DNA of 30,976 nt from Synechococcus sp. (GCA_051439425.1 JBFRWD010000174.1:1-30976), one strand, 5' to 3'; shown: positions 10,699 to 20,358, numbered from the stretch's first letter. Notes: generated from the letters alone by a model not told the origin. Translations and numbers: made by a program.

Positions 10699-10737
10699 GT
10701 CTACTATCTTAAGAAGTAGACAGTATTACGGTATTAC
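10699..10737. promoter_or_regulatory. Putative toxin-antitoxin autoregulatory operator
   Basis: Near-perfect palindrome GTCTACT-A-TCTTAAGA-AGTAGAC (10699-10721) plus direct repeat GTATTAC x2 (10723-10737), just upstream of the antitoxin start. Confidence 0.55.
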
Positions 10738-10901
10738 TAATTTAATCGATTGTCCGCAGGTCTCTATGCACGCTCTTGAGTTGTTTGAATGCTTCAAGGA
10801 AATTTGGCCAAGTTTGTTCGGCGACAGTGAGATGCGATCGCAACCGCCTACACTCGAATACAAGAGATTACCGACAACATAGTTATTTAAGGACCGTTTC
10901 G

Positions 10902-12803
10902 ATGACTGCCTTTCCGATTGACCTCGGCGCGTATAAATCGATTAGCCTCGACCCCTCCAGCCATGCCCTCACCCCCGCTCAAAAAGAAGCGCTGGAATTC
11001 AACATTCAGCTGTGCCGAGATGTGATCGTGTTTTTCACTGCGACTGGTGCAGCCCACGGGGTCGGCGGTCACACGGGCGGTCCTTACGACACTGTCCCCG
11101 AAGTGATGATTTTGGACGCGCTGTTCCGCGGTAGCCCGGATAAGTTCGTGCCTATTTACTTTGATGAAGCCGGTCACCGCGTTGGTACTCAGTACTTGAT
11201 GTCTGTGCTGGAAGGCTCCATGCCCGCCGAGCAACTGATGAGCTACCGTTTGGCGGATTCTAAGCTGCCCGGTCACCCTGAATTGGGATTGACCCCCGGC
11301 GTTAAATTCAGCTCCGGTCGTTTGGGTCATATGTGGCCTTATGTTAATGGCGTATCGTTTGCTAATCCTGGCAAGACGGTGTTCTGCTTGGGCTCTGATG
11401 GGTCTCAGCAGGAAGGTAACGATGCTGAAGCGGCTCGTTTAGCGGTGGCGCAGCACCTGAACGTCAAGCTGCTGATTGACGATAACGATGTCACCATTGC
11501 CGGTAATCCCTCCACTTACTTGCCTGGGTTCAGCGTGAAGCGCACGTTGGAAGGTCACGGCCTCACAGTTCTGGAAGGAGATGGCGAAGACGTTGCCGGT
11601 CTATACTCGCGCATTTGCGAGGCTGTTAACACCCCCGGCCCAATCGCGGTCATCAATAAGCGCCCCATGTGTCCTGGCATCGAAGGCCTGGAAGGCTCCA
11701 ACCACGGTCACGATGTGATTTCTGTGGGAGCAGCGATCGATTACCTGACGGCTAAAGGCCATACAGCAGCTGTCGATCATCTGAAAGGGATTGAGAAGCC
11801 CAAGAACACCTACACCTTCATGGGGGCTTCCGATACCTTAGGCTCCAACCGCAACGTGTTTGGTCAGGCTGTTGTGGAAGTTCTGGGTGGCATGTCCGAG
11901 CAAGAGCGTAAGGATAGCGTTCTAGTTGTGGACAGCGACTTGGAAGGGTCTTGCGGTCTGCAGCACATCCGTCAGGCGCACCCCGAAATTTTCGTCAGTG
12001 GCGGTATTCAGGAGCGTGGCAACCTGTCAGCGGCGGCTGGATTCGGTATGGCTGAGGGCAAGCAAGGTATCTTCGCCACCTTCAGCGCGTTCTTGGAAAT
12101 GTGCATTTCCGAGATCACGATGGCTCGTTTGAACAAGTCGAACCTGCTGTGCCACTTCTCCCACGCCGGTATCGATGACATGGCGGACAACACCTGCCAC
12201 TTCGGTATCAACAACATGTTTGCCGACAATGGCTTGGATGACGGTTACGAAACTCGTCTCTTCTTCCCTGCTGATGCGAATCAGATGAAGGCTTGCGTTA
12301 AGTCGGTGTTCCACAATCCCGGTATGCGTTTCATCTTCTCCACCCGTTCTAAGGTGCCGATGATTTTGGATGAAAGCGGCAACGAGATGTTTGCGGGTGA
12401 CTACACCTTTACTCCTGGTAAGGATGAGGTGATTCGCGAAGGAACGGCTGGTTACATTGTGGCGTTTGGCGATGCTGTGTACCGCGCGTTGGATGCGGTG
12501 ACTCGCCTGAAGGAAGAGGGGATTGATGTGGGGTTGATCAACAAATCCACGCTGAATGTTGTGGATGAAGAGGCGATCGCTAGAGCGGGTAATTCTCCGT
12601 TTGTGATTGTGGTTGAAGCGTTTAACCGTCGTACTGGTTTGGGGAGCCGTTACGGTTCTTGGTTGCTGGAGCGCGGTTTAACTCCTAAGTTTGCTTACTT
12701 AGGTACTCACGAGGAAGGTTGTGGTGGTCTGTGGGAGCAATTCCCCCATCAGGGCATTGACCCGGTTGGCATTATAGTCAAGGTTAAGGAACTTGTGGGC
12801 TAA
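10902..12803 (+). CDS. Transketolase-like thiamine-diphosphate-dependent enzyme (divergent from canonical TktA)
   Basis: GGHTGG, EAGH, LPGHPE, SGRLGH, ThDP motif SDGSQQEG...DDN, DSDLEGS, GIQER and ATFSAF. ATG 10902 follows AAGGA. Confidence 0.88.
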   Translation: MTAFPIDLGAYKSISLDPSSHALTPAQKEALEFNIQLCRDVIVFFTATGAAHGVGGHTGGPYDTVPEVMILDALFRGSPDKFVPIYFDEAGHRVGTQYLMSVLEGSMPAEQLMSYRLADSKLPGHPELGLTPGVKFSSGRLGHMWPYVNGVSFANPGKTVFCLGSDGSQQEGNDAEAARLAVAQHLNVKLLIDDNDVTIAGNPSTYLPGFSVKRTLEGHGLTVLEGDGEDVAGLYSRICEAVNTPGPIAVINKRPMCPGIEGLEGSNHGHDVISVGAAIDYLTAKGHTAAVDHLKGIEKPKNTYTFMGASDTLGSNRNVFGQAVVEVLGGMSEQERKDSVLVVDSDLEGSCGLQHIRQAHPEIFVSGGIQERGNLSAAAGFGMAEGKQGIFATFSAFLEMCISEITMARLNKSNLLCHFSHAGIDDMADNTCHFGINNMFADNGLDDGYETRLFFPADANQMKACVKSVFHNPGMRFIFSTRSKVPMILDESGNEMFAGDYTFTPGKDEVIREGTAGYIVAFGDAVYRALDAVTRLKEEGIDVGLINKSTLNVVDEEAIARAGNSPFVIVVEAFNRRTGLGSRYGSWLLERGLTPKFAYLGTHEEGCGGLWEQFPHQGIDPVGIIVKVKELVG

Positions 12804-12832
12804 CTCTTATCCACTAGCCAATTGATTTAGAT

Positions 12833-12866
12833 AAGACTATTCGTATTCCGAATAGTCTTCTTTATT
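12833..12866 (+). terminator. Intrinsic terminator after the transketolase-like gene
   Basis: Perfect 11-bp stem AAGACTATTCG / CGAATAGTCTT with a 5-nt loop, followed by CTTTATT. Confidence 0.7.
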
Positions 12867-12956
12867 GCCAAGGGACTACTTTCAAAACATCAAAAAAATA
12901 CATAATCGGCATCTATATAACCAAGCCTGATTATATTTTGATTATTTTAATGAGAA

Positions 12957-13295
12957 CTACTTTTCTACGGAAGACTTAGGGGTGCTAACTTGATTAGATT
13001 TTGCAGGTTTATTTTTGACTTCTTGAAACACGCTGGTTATTGATTCGGCAGATACCCAACTCACTGCAAGGCCTCCAAGAAAAACATATAGCCTTTCATT
13101 ATTTAGTTCTTGGAGCATATTAGGATTTAACGATAACGAGCAAACTTTTATTCCGGCAGCCACTCCAGCCGACCCGAGGAAAAACACAAGAGTTTTGTTT
13201 AACGCATTGACTGGGAAACGCGCCACTACAACATAGGCGAAAGATAGAAATGAGCCAGCCACAACTCCAAATACAAGAACAGGATCAGTTGTCAT
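12957..13295 (-). CDS. Small hypothetical membrane protein (about 3 TM segments)
   Basis: 112-aa ORF with three hydrophobic stretches and a polar/basic tail; starts 3 bp after the upstream stop codon. Confidence 0.7.
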   Translation of the reverse strand: MTTDPVLVFGVVAGSFLSFAYVVVARFPVNALNKTLVFFLGSAGVAAGIKVCSLSLNPNMLQELNNERLYVFLGGLAVSWVSAESITSVFQEVKNKPAKSNQVSTPKSSVEK

Positions 13296-13298
13296 AGA

Positions 13299-13592
13299 TT
13301 ATTCTGACTCGGTAACGGTATGGATAATGCTTGAAATACTTAACCAGACCAAAGATAATTGTCCAAGAAGCATCAGTATTAATCTTCTAGAACCAATGAG
13401 ATCATTAATCTCTTCACTACTGAGAAGAAAAAATACTATATCAACTGCTCCGGCCAGAGCAAACAAAGAAAGAGTTATAGAAAGCATCTGAGATAGGCTG
13501 AGAAGACCTTTTGCTTTATCTTTGAAAACAAGATAGATCTGTAACAATACGATACTGACAAGAGAAATCCCGATGATATACGAATCTGTCAC
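13299..13592 (-). CDS. Small hypothetical membrane protein (about 3 TM segments)
   Basis: 97-aa ORF with GTG start and three hydrophobic stretches; same layout as the downstream ORF. Confidence 0.62.
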   Translation of the reverse strand: MTDSYIIGISLVSIVLLQIYLVFKDKAKGLLSLSQMLSITLSLFALAGAVDIVFFLLSSEEINDLIGSRRLILMLLGQLSLVWLSISSIIHTVTESE

Positions 13593-14753
13593 AATATTTT
13601 TTCACTTAATTGAAACGCTTCCATATTAGTTCGATTGCCATGTTCCAAATCTAAGAGATTTTTCATTGGCTAATGAGAGCCTAATTTTTGATTGGTCGAA
13701 AGCTTTTTGACTATCCTCTTTATCTGGATGATTAGGAGAAATTCATCTGCATACTCCCCATAGGAATAATTTAGTCGAACAGCTAATATACATTAAACTC
13801 TAAATGACTGAAAATAGGTAAAAGTTTTACGTAGATTATTGCTCTACCCATATGGTTTTATCCGACTAATATTCCTGAAGAGGTGATTGGTCAGTGTGTA
13901 CCTGCGTAAAAGCTATATAAAACGTCCCAAGAGGTTGCGAGGTCAAGTCCGCGATTCACTTTGTGTAAAATATTAATCGCTCTGCAATGAGCAAACCTGT
14001 GTTCATTAAATAGAATGCTTTATTCTACTCTATGACAAGCGCGCTTCACAATAGGTAAATCATAGGTTGAAACCTCCCTAGGCTATCTTTCAGTATTCGA
14101 GCAAATTCCCCCTCTAATCGAAAAAATCTAAATGTATTTTTTGTGACGATATACTCTTCAGATGGAACTTGAAAAACTTGTTTATAGATACTTAAATGAT
14201 AAATCAAAAACTTTGCTTTATGAATACTCCAGGCCAGCTTTAAGTGGTAATGATGAATTCCAGAGTTATAAAACGGTTTTGGAAATCAAAAGAATTTTTT
14301 ATTGGTGTCATGTGGATTTGTTTGAGTCGAAAATAATTATCCATGAAAAATGGTATTCCTTAGGTTGATCTAGGTTGATGTTTAAACGTTTATCCTTTGT
14401 GTTTCAGATTTATTGGCCCGCCGATATCTAGTATTGGTGCTTAATTACAAATCATTCTGTCTCTCTTGCTCAAGTGAGGATCGATGAAGTAGGCGGGGTA
14501 GTCTATCTGTATGACCCGAGCGGAAATTCAGTTCTGCACTGAGTTAGTTGTATGTGGGGATTCAACTCCGGCGGCAAGAGGGCTCTTTGTAGGATCGACT
14601 CATAAAAAAAGATGTTGGCTAGTGGTTCTAGTGGTTACTTGGATGTAAATGAGAGTGTGAGAGAGCTGGGGCTTTCTCAAGAAAAGGATTCACCGTCAAG
14701 TTGAGGACTGCGTGGTGGACAAACGTTCCAGTCGTGAGTTTGAGCAACAGGTA

Positions 14754-16466
14754 TTGAAATCAAAACTGAAAAAAACGGGATTAAAGCCGATCGCTACCCT
14801 GCCCCTGTTAACGATCATCCTAGCCGGATGCGGCGGACTGACCTCCGGAGGACCAGACTTCACCATAGAATTTCGCGTCGGCAGCGCCCTCAAACACCTG
14901 TGCGCCGACGGAGCCGAGCGCTTCAACCGCACCAACCCCAAACTAGACAACGGCCAATCCTTCCAACTCACCTGCACCGAAATGGGCAGCGGCGACGTCG
15001 TCACCTCAATGCTCGACCTAGCCAACGGCTTCCAAGCCGGCTCCATCTCCGCTGACGATCCTTCCTTCCCCACCCTGCTCTCCGTCGATGGAGAAGTCTT
15101 CCTCAGCCAGCTCGGCTTCCAAATGGACGCCCTATTCCCCGGCCAGAACTACATCCCCGACATCCCTGATGCACCCCTCATTGCCAACAGCCCCATGGTG
15201 TTCATGGTGCCGGAAGACTTGGCAGCAGGATTGGAAAATCAAGACAATATTTTCGCAGCCCTAGTGAATGCAGAAAATCACACAGATTTAGACTCCAGCA
15301 GCCGCCCTCTCCCCATAAGCTTTGTTCAGACCGCCCCCACCCGCTCCAACTCCGGTCTGCAAACCCTAATCGCCCAATTTACCTCTGTCTCCGGCCAGTT
15401 CCCCGAGTCTTTGAATTCAGGAGATATCCAGCAATATCAAGCAGACGTTCAGCAGATTCAAAGTAAAGTCACCCGCTACGGTGCATCGACAAGTTCTTTG
15501 GCCCGCGACGCGATCGCCAACGGCCCCTTCTGGGCTTCCATCGCCTCCGTCTACGAATCCTCCGTAATCGCCGCTAACTCCGAAGCCGAGGTAGGAGGTA
15601 CCCGTTACCAAGCGGTCTACCCGCAAGACACCTTCACCTCCAACATGCGAGCCATTCTGCCCAACGCTCCATGGGTGAGTGATGACGAACGGGAAGCCGC
15701 CCTGCAAGTCATCGAGTTCTTCCGCTCTGATGAGATTCAACAACTCGCCACCGAGCAAGGACTGCGACCGGGCGTTCCCGGCATTCCGCTGGGGCCGAAG
15801 TTTACCGAGCGATTTGGAGTCAATCCCAACGCCACCTACAACTCGCTGCGTCCCCCCGCCCCCGACGTCGTAGACGTCATGCTGAGATCCTGGCAGGACT
15901 TCGCCAAGCGTCCATCTCAAGTTGTCGTCGTTGTCGATTCTTCCGGCTCGATGGAAGGGGTGAAATTGTCCGCAGTGCAATCAACCCTGTCGGCCTACAT
16001 CGACAGCTTGGGGCCTCAAGAACAAATCGTTTTGGTGGACTTCGACGAATCTATTCGCCAACCGGTCTTGGTCGATAGCTCCGATGAAGGGAGAGCCCGG
16101 GGATACCAATTTGTAACGGCGCTGCGGGCGGATGGCGGTACCCGCCTCTACGATGCGACGATCGCAGCCCGCGATTACCTTCTGCAAAATGCTCGTCCCG
16201 AAGCCATTAACGCCGTGATTGTGCTCACCGACGGCGAAGATAGCGGTTCCCGACTGTCCTTCGACCTGTTAAACGAGGAACTAAGACAAACGGGATTTGG
16301 AGGAGATGCCCGAATTGCCGTGTTCACAGTGGGGTATAGCGATCGCGGTGGTGGATTCAATCCAGGGGTTTTAGAGAATATTGCCAGCATCAGCGGTGGT
16401 TACTATCGAGAAGGCGATCCGTCATCCATTTCGCGATTGATGGCCGATCTGCAGGTGGAATTTTAG
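14754..16466 (+). CDS. Lipoprotein with an extracellular solute-binding (PBP type II) domain fused to a C-terminal vWA domain
   Basis: Basic N-region plus lipobox LAGC; SBP motifs (PTRSNSG, SVYES, GLRP); intact MIDAS (VDSSGSM, GGTRLYD, VLTDG). Start uncertain: GTG 14712 or TTG 14754. Confidence 0.88.
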   Translation: MKSKLKKTGLKPIATLPLLTIILAGCGGLTSGGPDFTIEFRVGSALKHLCADGAERFNRTNPKLDNGQSFQLTCTEMGSGDVVTSMLDLANGFQAGSISADDPSFPTLLSVDGEVFLSQLGFQMDALFPGQNYIPDIPDAPLIANSPMVFMVPEDLAAGLENQDNIFAALVNAENHTDLDSSSRPLPISFVQTAPTRSNSGLQTLIAQFTSVSGQFPESLNSGDIQQYQADVQQIQSKVTRYGASTSSLARDAIANGPFWASIASVYESSVIAANSEAEVGGTRYQAVYPQDTFTSNMRAILPNAPWVSDDEREAALQVIEFFRSDEIQQLATEQGLRPGVPGIPLGPKFTERFGVNPNATYNSLRPPAPDVVDVMLRSWQDFAKRPSQVVVVVDSSGSMEGVKLSAVQSTLSAYIDSLGPQEQIVLVDFDESIRQPVLVDSSDEGRARGYQFVTALRADGGTRLYDATIAARDYLLQNARPEAINAVIVLTDGEDSGSRLSFDLLNEELRQTGFGGDARIAVFTVGYSDRGGGFNPGVLENIASISGGYYREGDPSSISRLMADLQVEF

Positions 16467-16478
16467 AGGGGGCGATCG

Positions 16479-17207
16479 ATGCAAATGTTGGCCAATCCGC
16501 TGAAATATCCGCTGGCGACGCTGGCGGGTGGAGTTCTGTTGGTTGTGGGTGCAAGGGGGCTGAATGTCACACCACCAGTCTTAGTTCCGGTGGCTATTGC
16601 CAGTTCCGTTGGGGCTGCCACCGTACTCAAGCAGCGCGATCCGACCTCGATTCAGCTGGATAATCCTCAGCTAGCTCGCGAATTGCTCGACATACGCCAA
16701 TCAGCAGTAGCTCTGGCAGAGAAAGCCGAGGGACTGCAGGCAGAGTCTCGCCATCAGATGGGGGACGATACCTTCCACGTGGAACTGCTAGCGGCAGTGG
16801 AATTGGTCTGCGTGCGAGTGGCCGAATTGCCCGCCAAAGTCGATCGCTTGGGGCAACGCTTTAAAGGCAAAGATTCGCTGCTGTCGGTGGATGAGTTACA
16901 GGCCCAGTTGCATGAGGTCGAACGGCGCAAATCTCGCAGTTCCGGGGTTGCTCGCGAACAGTTGGATCGATTGGCCACCACATTGGACAACAACATCCAG
17001 TTGGCTCGGCAGGGCAGCGATGCCCGTCAGGCCCAGGCCATTGCCCTTTCCACCATGATTCATGAATCGGCAGGCATGCTGCAGCAACTTCAGAACCGAC
17101 TAAGAACGGCTAACTTGAATGACACCAGTCAGGTGAATGAGTTGCGATCGCTCAGTCGTGACCTAGAAGGAGTACAAGAAAATGTCGATTTGCTGATGGC
17201 AGGTTAA
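16479..17207 (+). CDS. Hypothetical protein with an N-terminal double membrane anchor and a long coiled-coil region
   Basis: Two N-terminal hydrophobic segments followed by L/Q/E/R-rich heptads; 12 bp downstream of the vWA gene with a GAGGGGG RBS. Confidence 0.82.
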   Translation: MQMLANPLKYPLATLAGGVLLVVGARGLNVTPPVLVPVAIASSVGAATVLKQRDPTSIQLDNPQLARELLDIRQSAVALAEKAEGLQAESRHQMGDDTFHVELLAAVELVCVRVAELPAKVDRLGQRFKGKDSLLSVDELQAQLHEVERRKSRSSGVAREQLDRLATTLDNNIQLARQGSDARQAQAIALSTMIHESAGMLQQLQNRLRTANLNDTSQVNELRSLSRDLEGVQENVDLLMAG

Positions 17208-17229
17208 TGCCCTGTCGCCGGTGCTGAAA

Positions 17230-17330
17230 TAACAATCCGCTGTAGAGTCTGGAGGGTTAAGACGGCGAAAATACTTGATTTTCAGGGAAAAGTAGTCAGG
17301 GAAGTCTCCATAGCGGATTGCTGATCGCCA
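17230..17330 (-). mobile_element. MITE-like ~101-bp dispersed repeat, copy 3
   Basis: Reverse complement of 3080-3180; sits in the gap between two co-oriented genes. Confidence 0.8.
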
Positions 17331-17404
17331 TATCAACCGAGTTAGTCGATTCCTGTTATTCCTATATGTCCCCCATCGATTGAGAGATTCCACAAATCTG
17401 AAGC

Positions 17405-18502
17405 ATGACTAAACAAATGGTTCTGTCCCTTGGTATTACTGCGGCAGCAGCTGTGCTAGCTTACGCCCCCATCCCCGGTCTTCAGCAAACCATTGTGGTG
17501 GTAAGTGGCTCTGAGCTAGAAGAATCTTTGGAGGTATTGGTCGGGCGCTTTGAAAACTCCCACCCCAATATTGATGTCAGGCTGCATACGCAAGGATCGC
17601 AAGACATCGTCAACCGCTACATCGATAACAGCAATTCCTTTACCCCCACCGTATTGATACCGGCTAACGGCGATGTATTGACCGAATTATCGAGCCGCTG
17701 GCAGGCGATCGAATCCACCGAACCTTTTTACGACGCTCCTCAGGCGATCGCCAAAACCATGCTGGTGGGAATCGCGTGGCCAGAACGCGGGAATATTCTG
17801 TTTCCAGATGGCGAGTTCAATTGGCAGCGGTTAGAAAATGCCATGTCTGTCGGGAGTTGGTCTCGACTCGGGGGAGACAGTTCATGGGGCAGTTTTGATT
17901 TCGTAACCACCGATCCCACCCGTTCCAATAGCGGTCAACTGACCCTCAGCCTGTTCGCGCAATCTGCTGCAGGCGATCGCTCACTCACCCTCGATACTCT
18001 CAATACCTCTGAGGCTCGTGACCTCTTTCAACTGGTGCGTCGCTCGGTGTATCAACCGCCCCGTTCCACCGATATTCTGCTCCAGGAATTTATCACCCGT
18101 GGTCCGAACGAGGCAGACGTGGCCACCGTATACGAAAGCATTGCCCTACATCGCTGGGAAGAGTCGGAACTTACCCAGGGGCAGCCTTATCAAATCTATT
18201 ATCCCGATCCCACCATAGAGACGATCTCAACAGCCGCAATTGTGACGCGCGACATACCCCATCGCACTGCCCAAGCCGCCCGCACCTTTATAGAATTCCT
18301 ATCCAAGTCCGAGCAACAAACTGTTTTCGTTCAGTATGGCTTCCGCCCAGTAACCACAACACTTGAACTCTCCGACATTCTTGATAGCCCTTGGGCCCAA
18401 GATATTCCCGGGGTAGAAGAAGATCCCGCGATTTCTGCCAGCCAGCCCCCATCTCGCCAAATTGTGGGCGATATTCAGCGATTGTGGGAACGATCTCGCT
18501 AA
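17405..18502 (+). CDS. Extracellular solute-binding protein, paralogous to the SBP domain of the vWA lipoprotein
   Basis: N-terminal signal/anchor; GSQDI, TTDPTRSNSGQLTL, VATVYESIAL and YGFRP match equivalent motifs in 14754-16466. Confidence 0.87.
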   Translation: MTKQMVLSLGITAAAAVLAYAPIPGLQQTIVVVSGSELEESLEVLVGRFENSHPNIDVRLHTQGSQDIVNRYIDNSNSFTPTVLIPANGDVLTELSSRWQAIESTEPFYDAPQAIAKTMLVGIAWPERGNILFPDGEFNWQRLENAMSVGSWSRLGGDSSWGSFDFVTTDPTRSNSGQLTLSLFAQSAAGDRSLTLDTLNTSEARDLFQLVRRSVYQPPRSTDILLQEFITRGPNEADVATVYESIALHRWEESELTQGQPYQIYYPDPTIETISTAAIVTRDIPHRTAQAARTFIEFLSKSEQQTVFVQYGFRPVTTTLELSDILDSPWAQDIPGVEEDPAISASQPPSRQIVGDIQRLWERSR

Positions 18503-18610
18503 GACTGCAGCGATCGCGATCGCAACCGACCGGTGTGGAAGATCTCTATCCAAGTGCGGTTTGTCGCCGATAGTGAATCTGCAGGCTCTGAATGCAGAGG
18601 TTACGTGTCC

Positions 18611-19111
18611 ATGAATTTTATAACCAGAACTACCTTGCTTGCATGTCTCTTCGCCAGCATTGGGTTAACGGCATGTTCGTTTGAGTTTTCTGTTGGTGGC
18701 CAGAACTTAAACAGTCGCCGCCTGAAAGAATTCTTGGATACTGAAGTAGAGACTCAAACAGGGCTCGTCATTACGAATGTTTCTTGCCCTGAGCCGCGAC
18801 CAATCCAAGAGGGGGATGTTTTCGAGTGCGAGCTAACTGACGATAAAGGAGCTACTGTTTTTGCAACAGTGACTCAAACGTCCGATGACGGTGATATTAG
18901 TTTTAGCGTGACGGGTTCTAGGGGAGTTGTCGATCTCAGAATTATCGAACGTCAAGTGTCCAGTCAAATTAAAGCTCAATTGAATTGCGGCCAAAACTAT
19001 TTTCACGGAGACATCGGTGAAACACATGTCTGCCTAATACCCACTAGCAATAATCGCGTCTTCATTACTGTGACAAGCGAAAATGGGGATGTTGACTGGC
19101 GCTTAGAATAG
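18611..19111 (+). CDS. Lipoprotein, DUF4333-like (two Cys-containing repeats)
   Basis: Lipobox LTAC; VSCP...GDVFEC...VTQTSDDGDISF, repeated as LNCG...GETHVC...TVTSENGDVDW. Confidence 0.75.
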   Translation: MNFITRTTLLACLFASIGLTACSFEFSVGGQNLNSRRLKEFLDTEVETQTGLVITNVSCPEPRPIQEGDVFECELTDDKGATVFATVTQTSDDGDISFSVTGSRGVVDLRIIERQVSSQIKAQLNCGQNYFHGDIGETHVCLIPTSNNRVFITVTSENGDVDWRLE

Positions 19112-19126
19112 CTGCCGTAAGCAGAA

Positions 19127-19155
19127 GAGAACACTTTTTCCTAAAGAGTGCTCTC
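19127..19155. terminator. Hairpin between convergent genes, possible bidirectional terminator
   Basis: Imperfect inverted repeat GAGAACACTTTTT-CCT-AAAGAGTGCTCTC. Confidence 0.45.
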
Positions 19156-19218
19156 AATCGCGATTCAATGTTTACGACTCATCGTTGTTTGTGGTTAGTA
19201 CAAAAGCATTACGGTTTC

Positions 19219-20358
19219 TTAAATGCTATGTCCCACAGGTACAACATCAGTTTTCAAAATATTGTCGTAGATTTGAGCCACACCTGCTGCCATGGACCGG
19301 TCCGAGAAGCTGTCCCGCTGGCGAGAAAAGGCTGTTTCGCGAATCTTTCCCCAGTTGTCTTGTCCAGTAATTAAGTTTGTAATCGCATCAGCTAGCTCGT
19401 TGAAATCCCCAGGTGAAACGAGTATCCCGCTCCTAGCGTTCTCAATGACCTCGGGTATCCCTTCAATTTCGGATGCAACCACAGGCACCCCCATGGCCAT
19501 TGCTTCGAGCAAAACCATCGGTATCCCTTCACCAAAAAGGCTGGGCAGAACTAAAACATCCATTTTGGATAGCTCTGCGTTCACATCTTCTTGAAATCCA
19601 GCCCAGACAATATTGTCCTCAAGGCCAAGTTGAGTTGCTAGTTGCTTTACTGAATTTTCGTATTCAGTGGTCTCAAACTCACCAACAGCATGCAGGCTAA
19701 CATCCAATCCACGTGCTTTGAGTTGAGCCAGTGTTTTCAGCAATACTTCCAGTCCCTTCCGGGGTCTAAACAGAGCAATGCACCCAAGCAACCAGGCTGA
19801 ATCGGAATCGGGGTTACTTTTCTGGAGTAGCTTGGGCTGAACTGGAACACCATTCTGAACTACTTGAATTTGGGTCGTCTTTAGCCCGTTTTTCTTCAAA
19901 TATTGCTTTAAGCTGTTAGAAACAGCAATTACGCTCTGAGCTCCACATAAACTGAGCCGCTCGGATGTCGTTCGGAGGAAATTAGTCAGTTTATTTGTTG
20001 TACAGCTCGATGTAGGGCTATGAACGTGGTGAACCATCGGCACTCCAGTTAGGAGTGTTGCAAGACGACCGAGTAGCACGGCCCTTGGAGTATGAGTATG
20101 CACTAACTGATACCCATGCTTTCTGATGAGAAAAGAAAGTCTAAATGCCTGCAGCAAATCTAACCGCGACGACATCCTCACCAAGTGAATCTTAGAGCGA
20201 GTTGCCATCCTGCGGTCTGGGAAGCAGTCTGGTTTTACGCATGCGAAATCCACATCATATCCATGCTTTCGCAACTCAATAGCAAGTAAATCTTGTACGC
20301 GCTCTGCGCCTGCATAATGCTCACCATTGATAATATGCAAAACTCGCACTTTGTTCAC
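19219..20358 (-). CDS. Glycosyltransferase family 4 (GT-B fold)
   Basis: GAER, LVHTH, NGV, PRKG, and PSLFGEGIPMVLLEAMAMGVPVVAS (E-x7-E motif). Confidence 0.92.
   Translation of the reverse strand: MNKVRVLHIINGEHYAGAERVQDLLAIELRKHGYDVDFACVKPDCFPDRRMATRSKIHLVRMSSRLDLLQAFRLSFLIRKHGYQLVHTHTPRAVLLGRLATLLTGVPMVHHVHSPTSSCTTNKLTNFLRTTSERLSLCGAQSVIAVSNSLKQYLKKNGLKTTQIQVVQNGVPVQPKLLQKSNPDSDSAWLLGCIALFRPRKGLEVLLKTLAQLKARGLDVSLHAVGEFETTEYENSVKQLATQLGLEDNIVWAGFQEDVNAELSKMDVLVLPSLFGEGIPMVLLEAMAMGVPVVASEIEGIPEVIENARSGILVSPGDFNELADAITNLITGQDNWGKIRETAFSRQRDSFSDRSMAAGVAQIYDNILKTDVVPVGHSI

Noticed and set aside
14162..14368. 68-aa ORF in the AT-rich islet
   Set aside because: No RBS or family signal; could be a remnant but cannot be supported.
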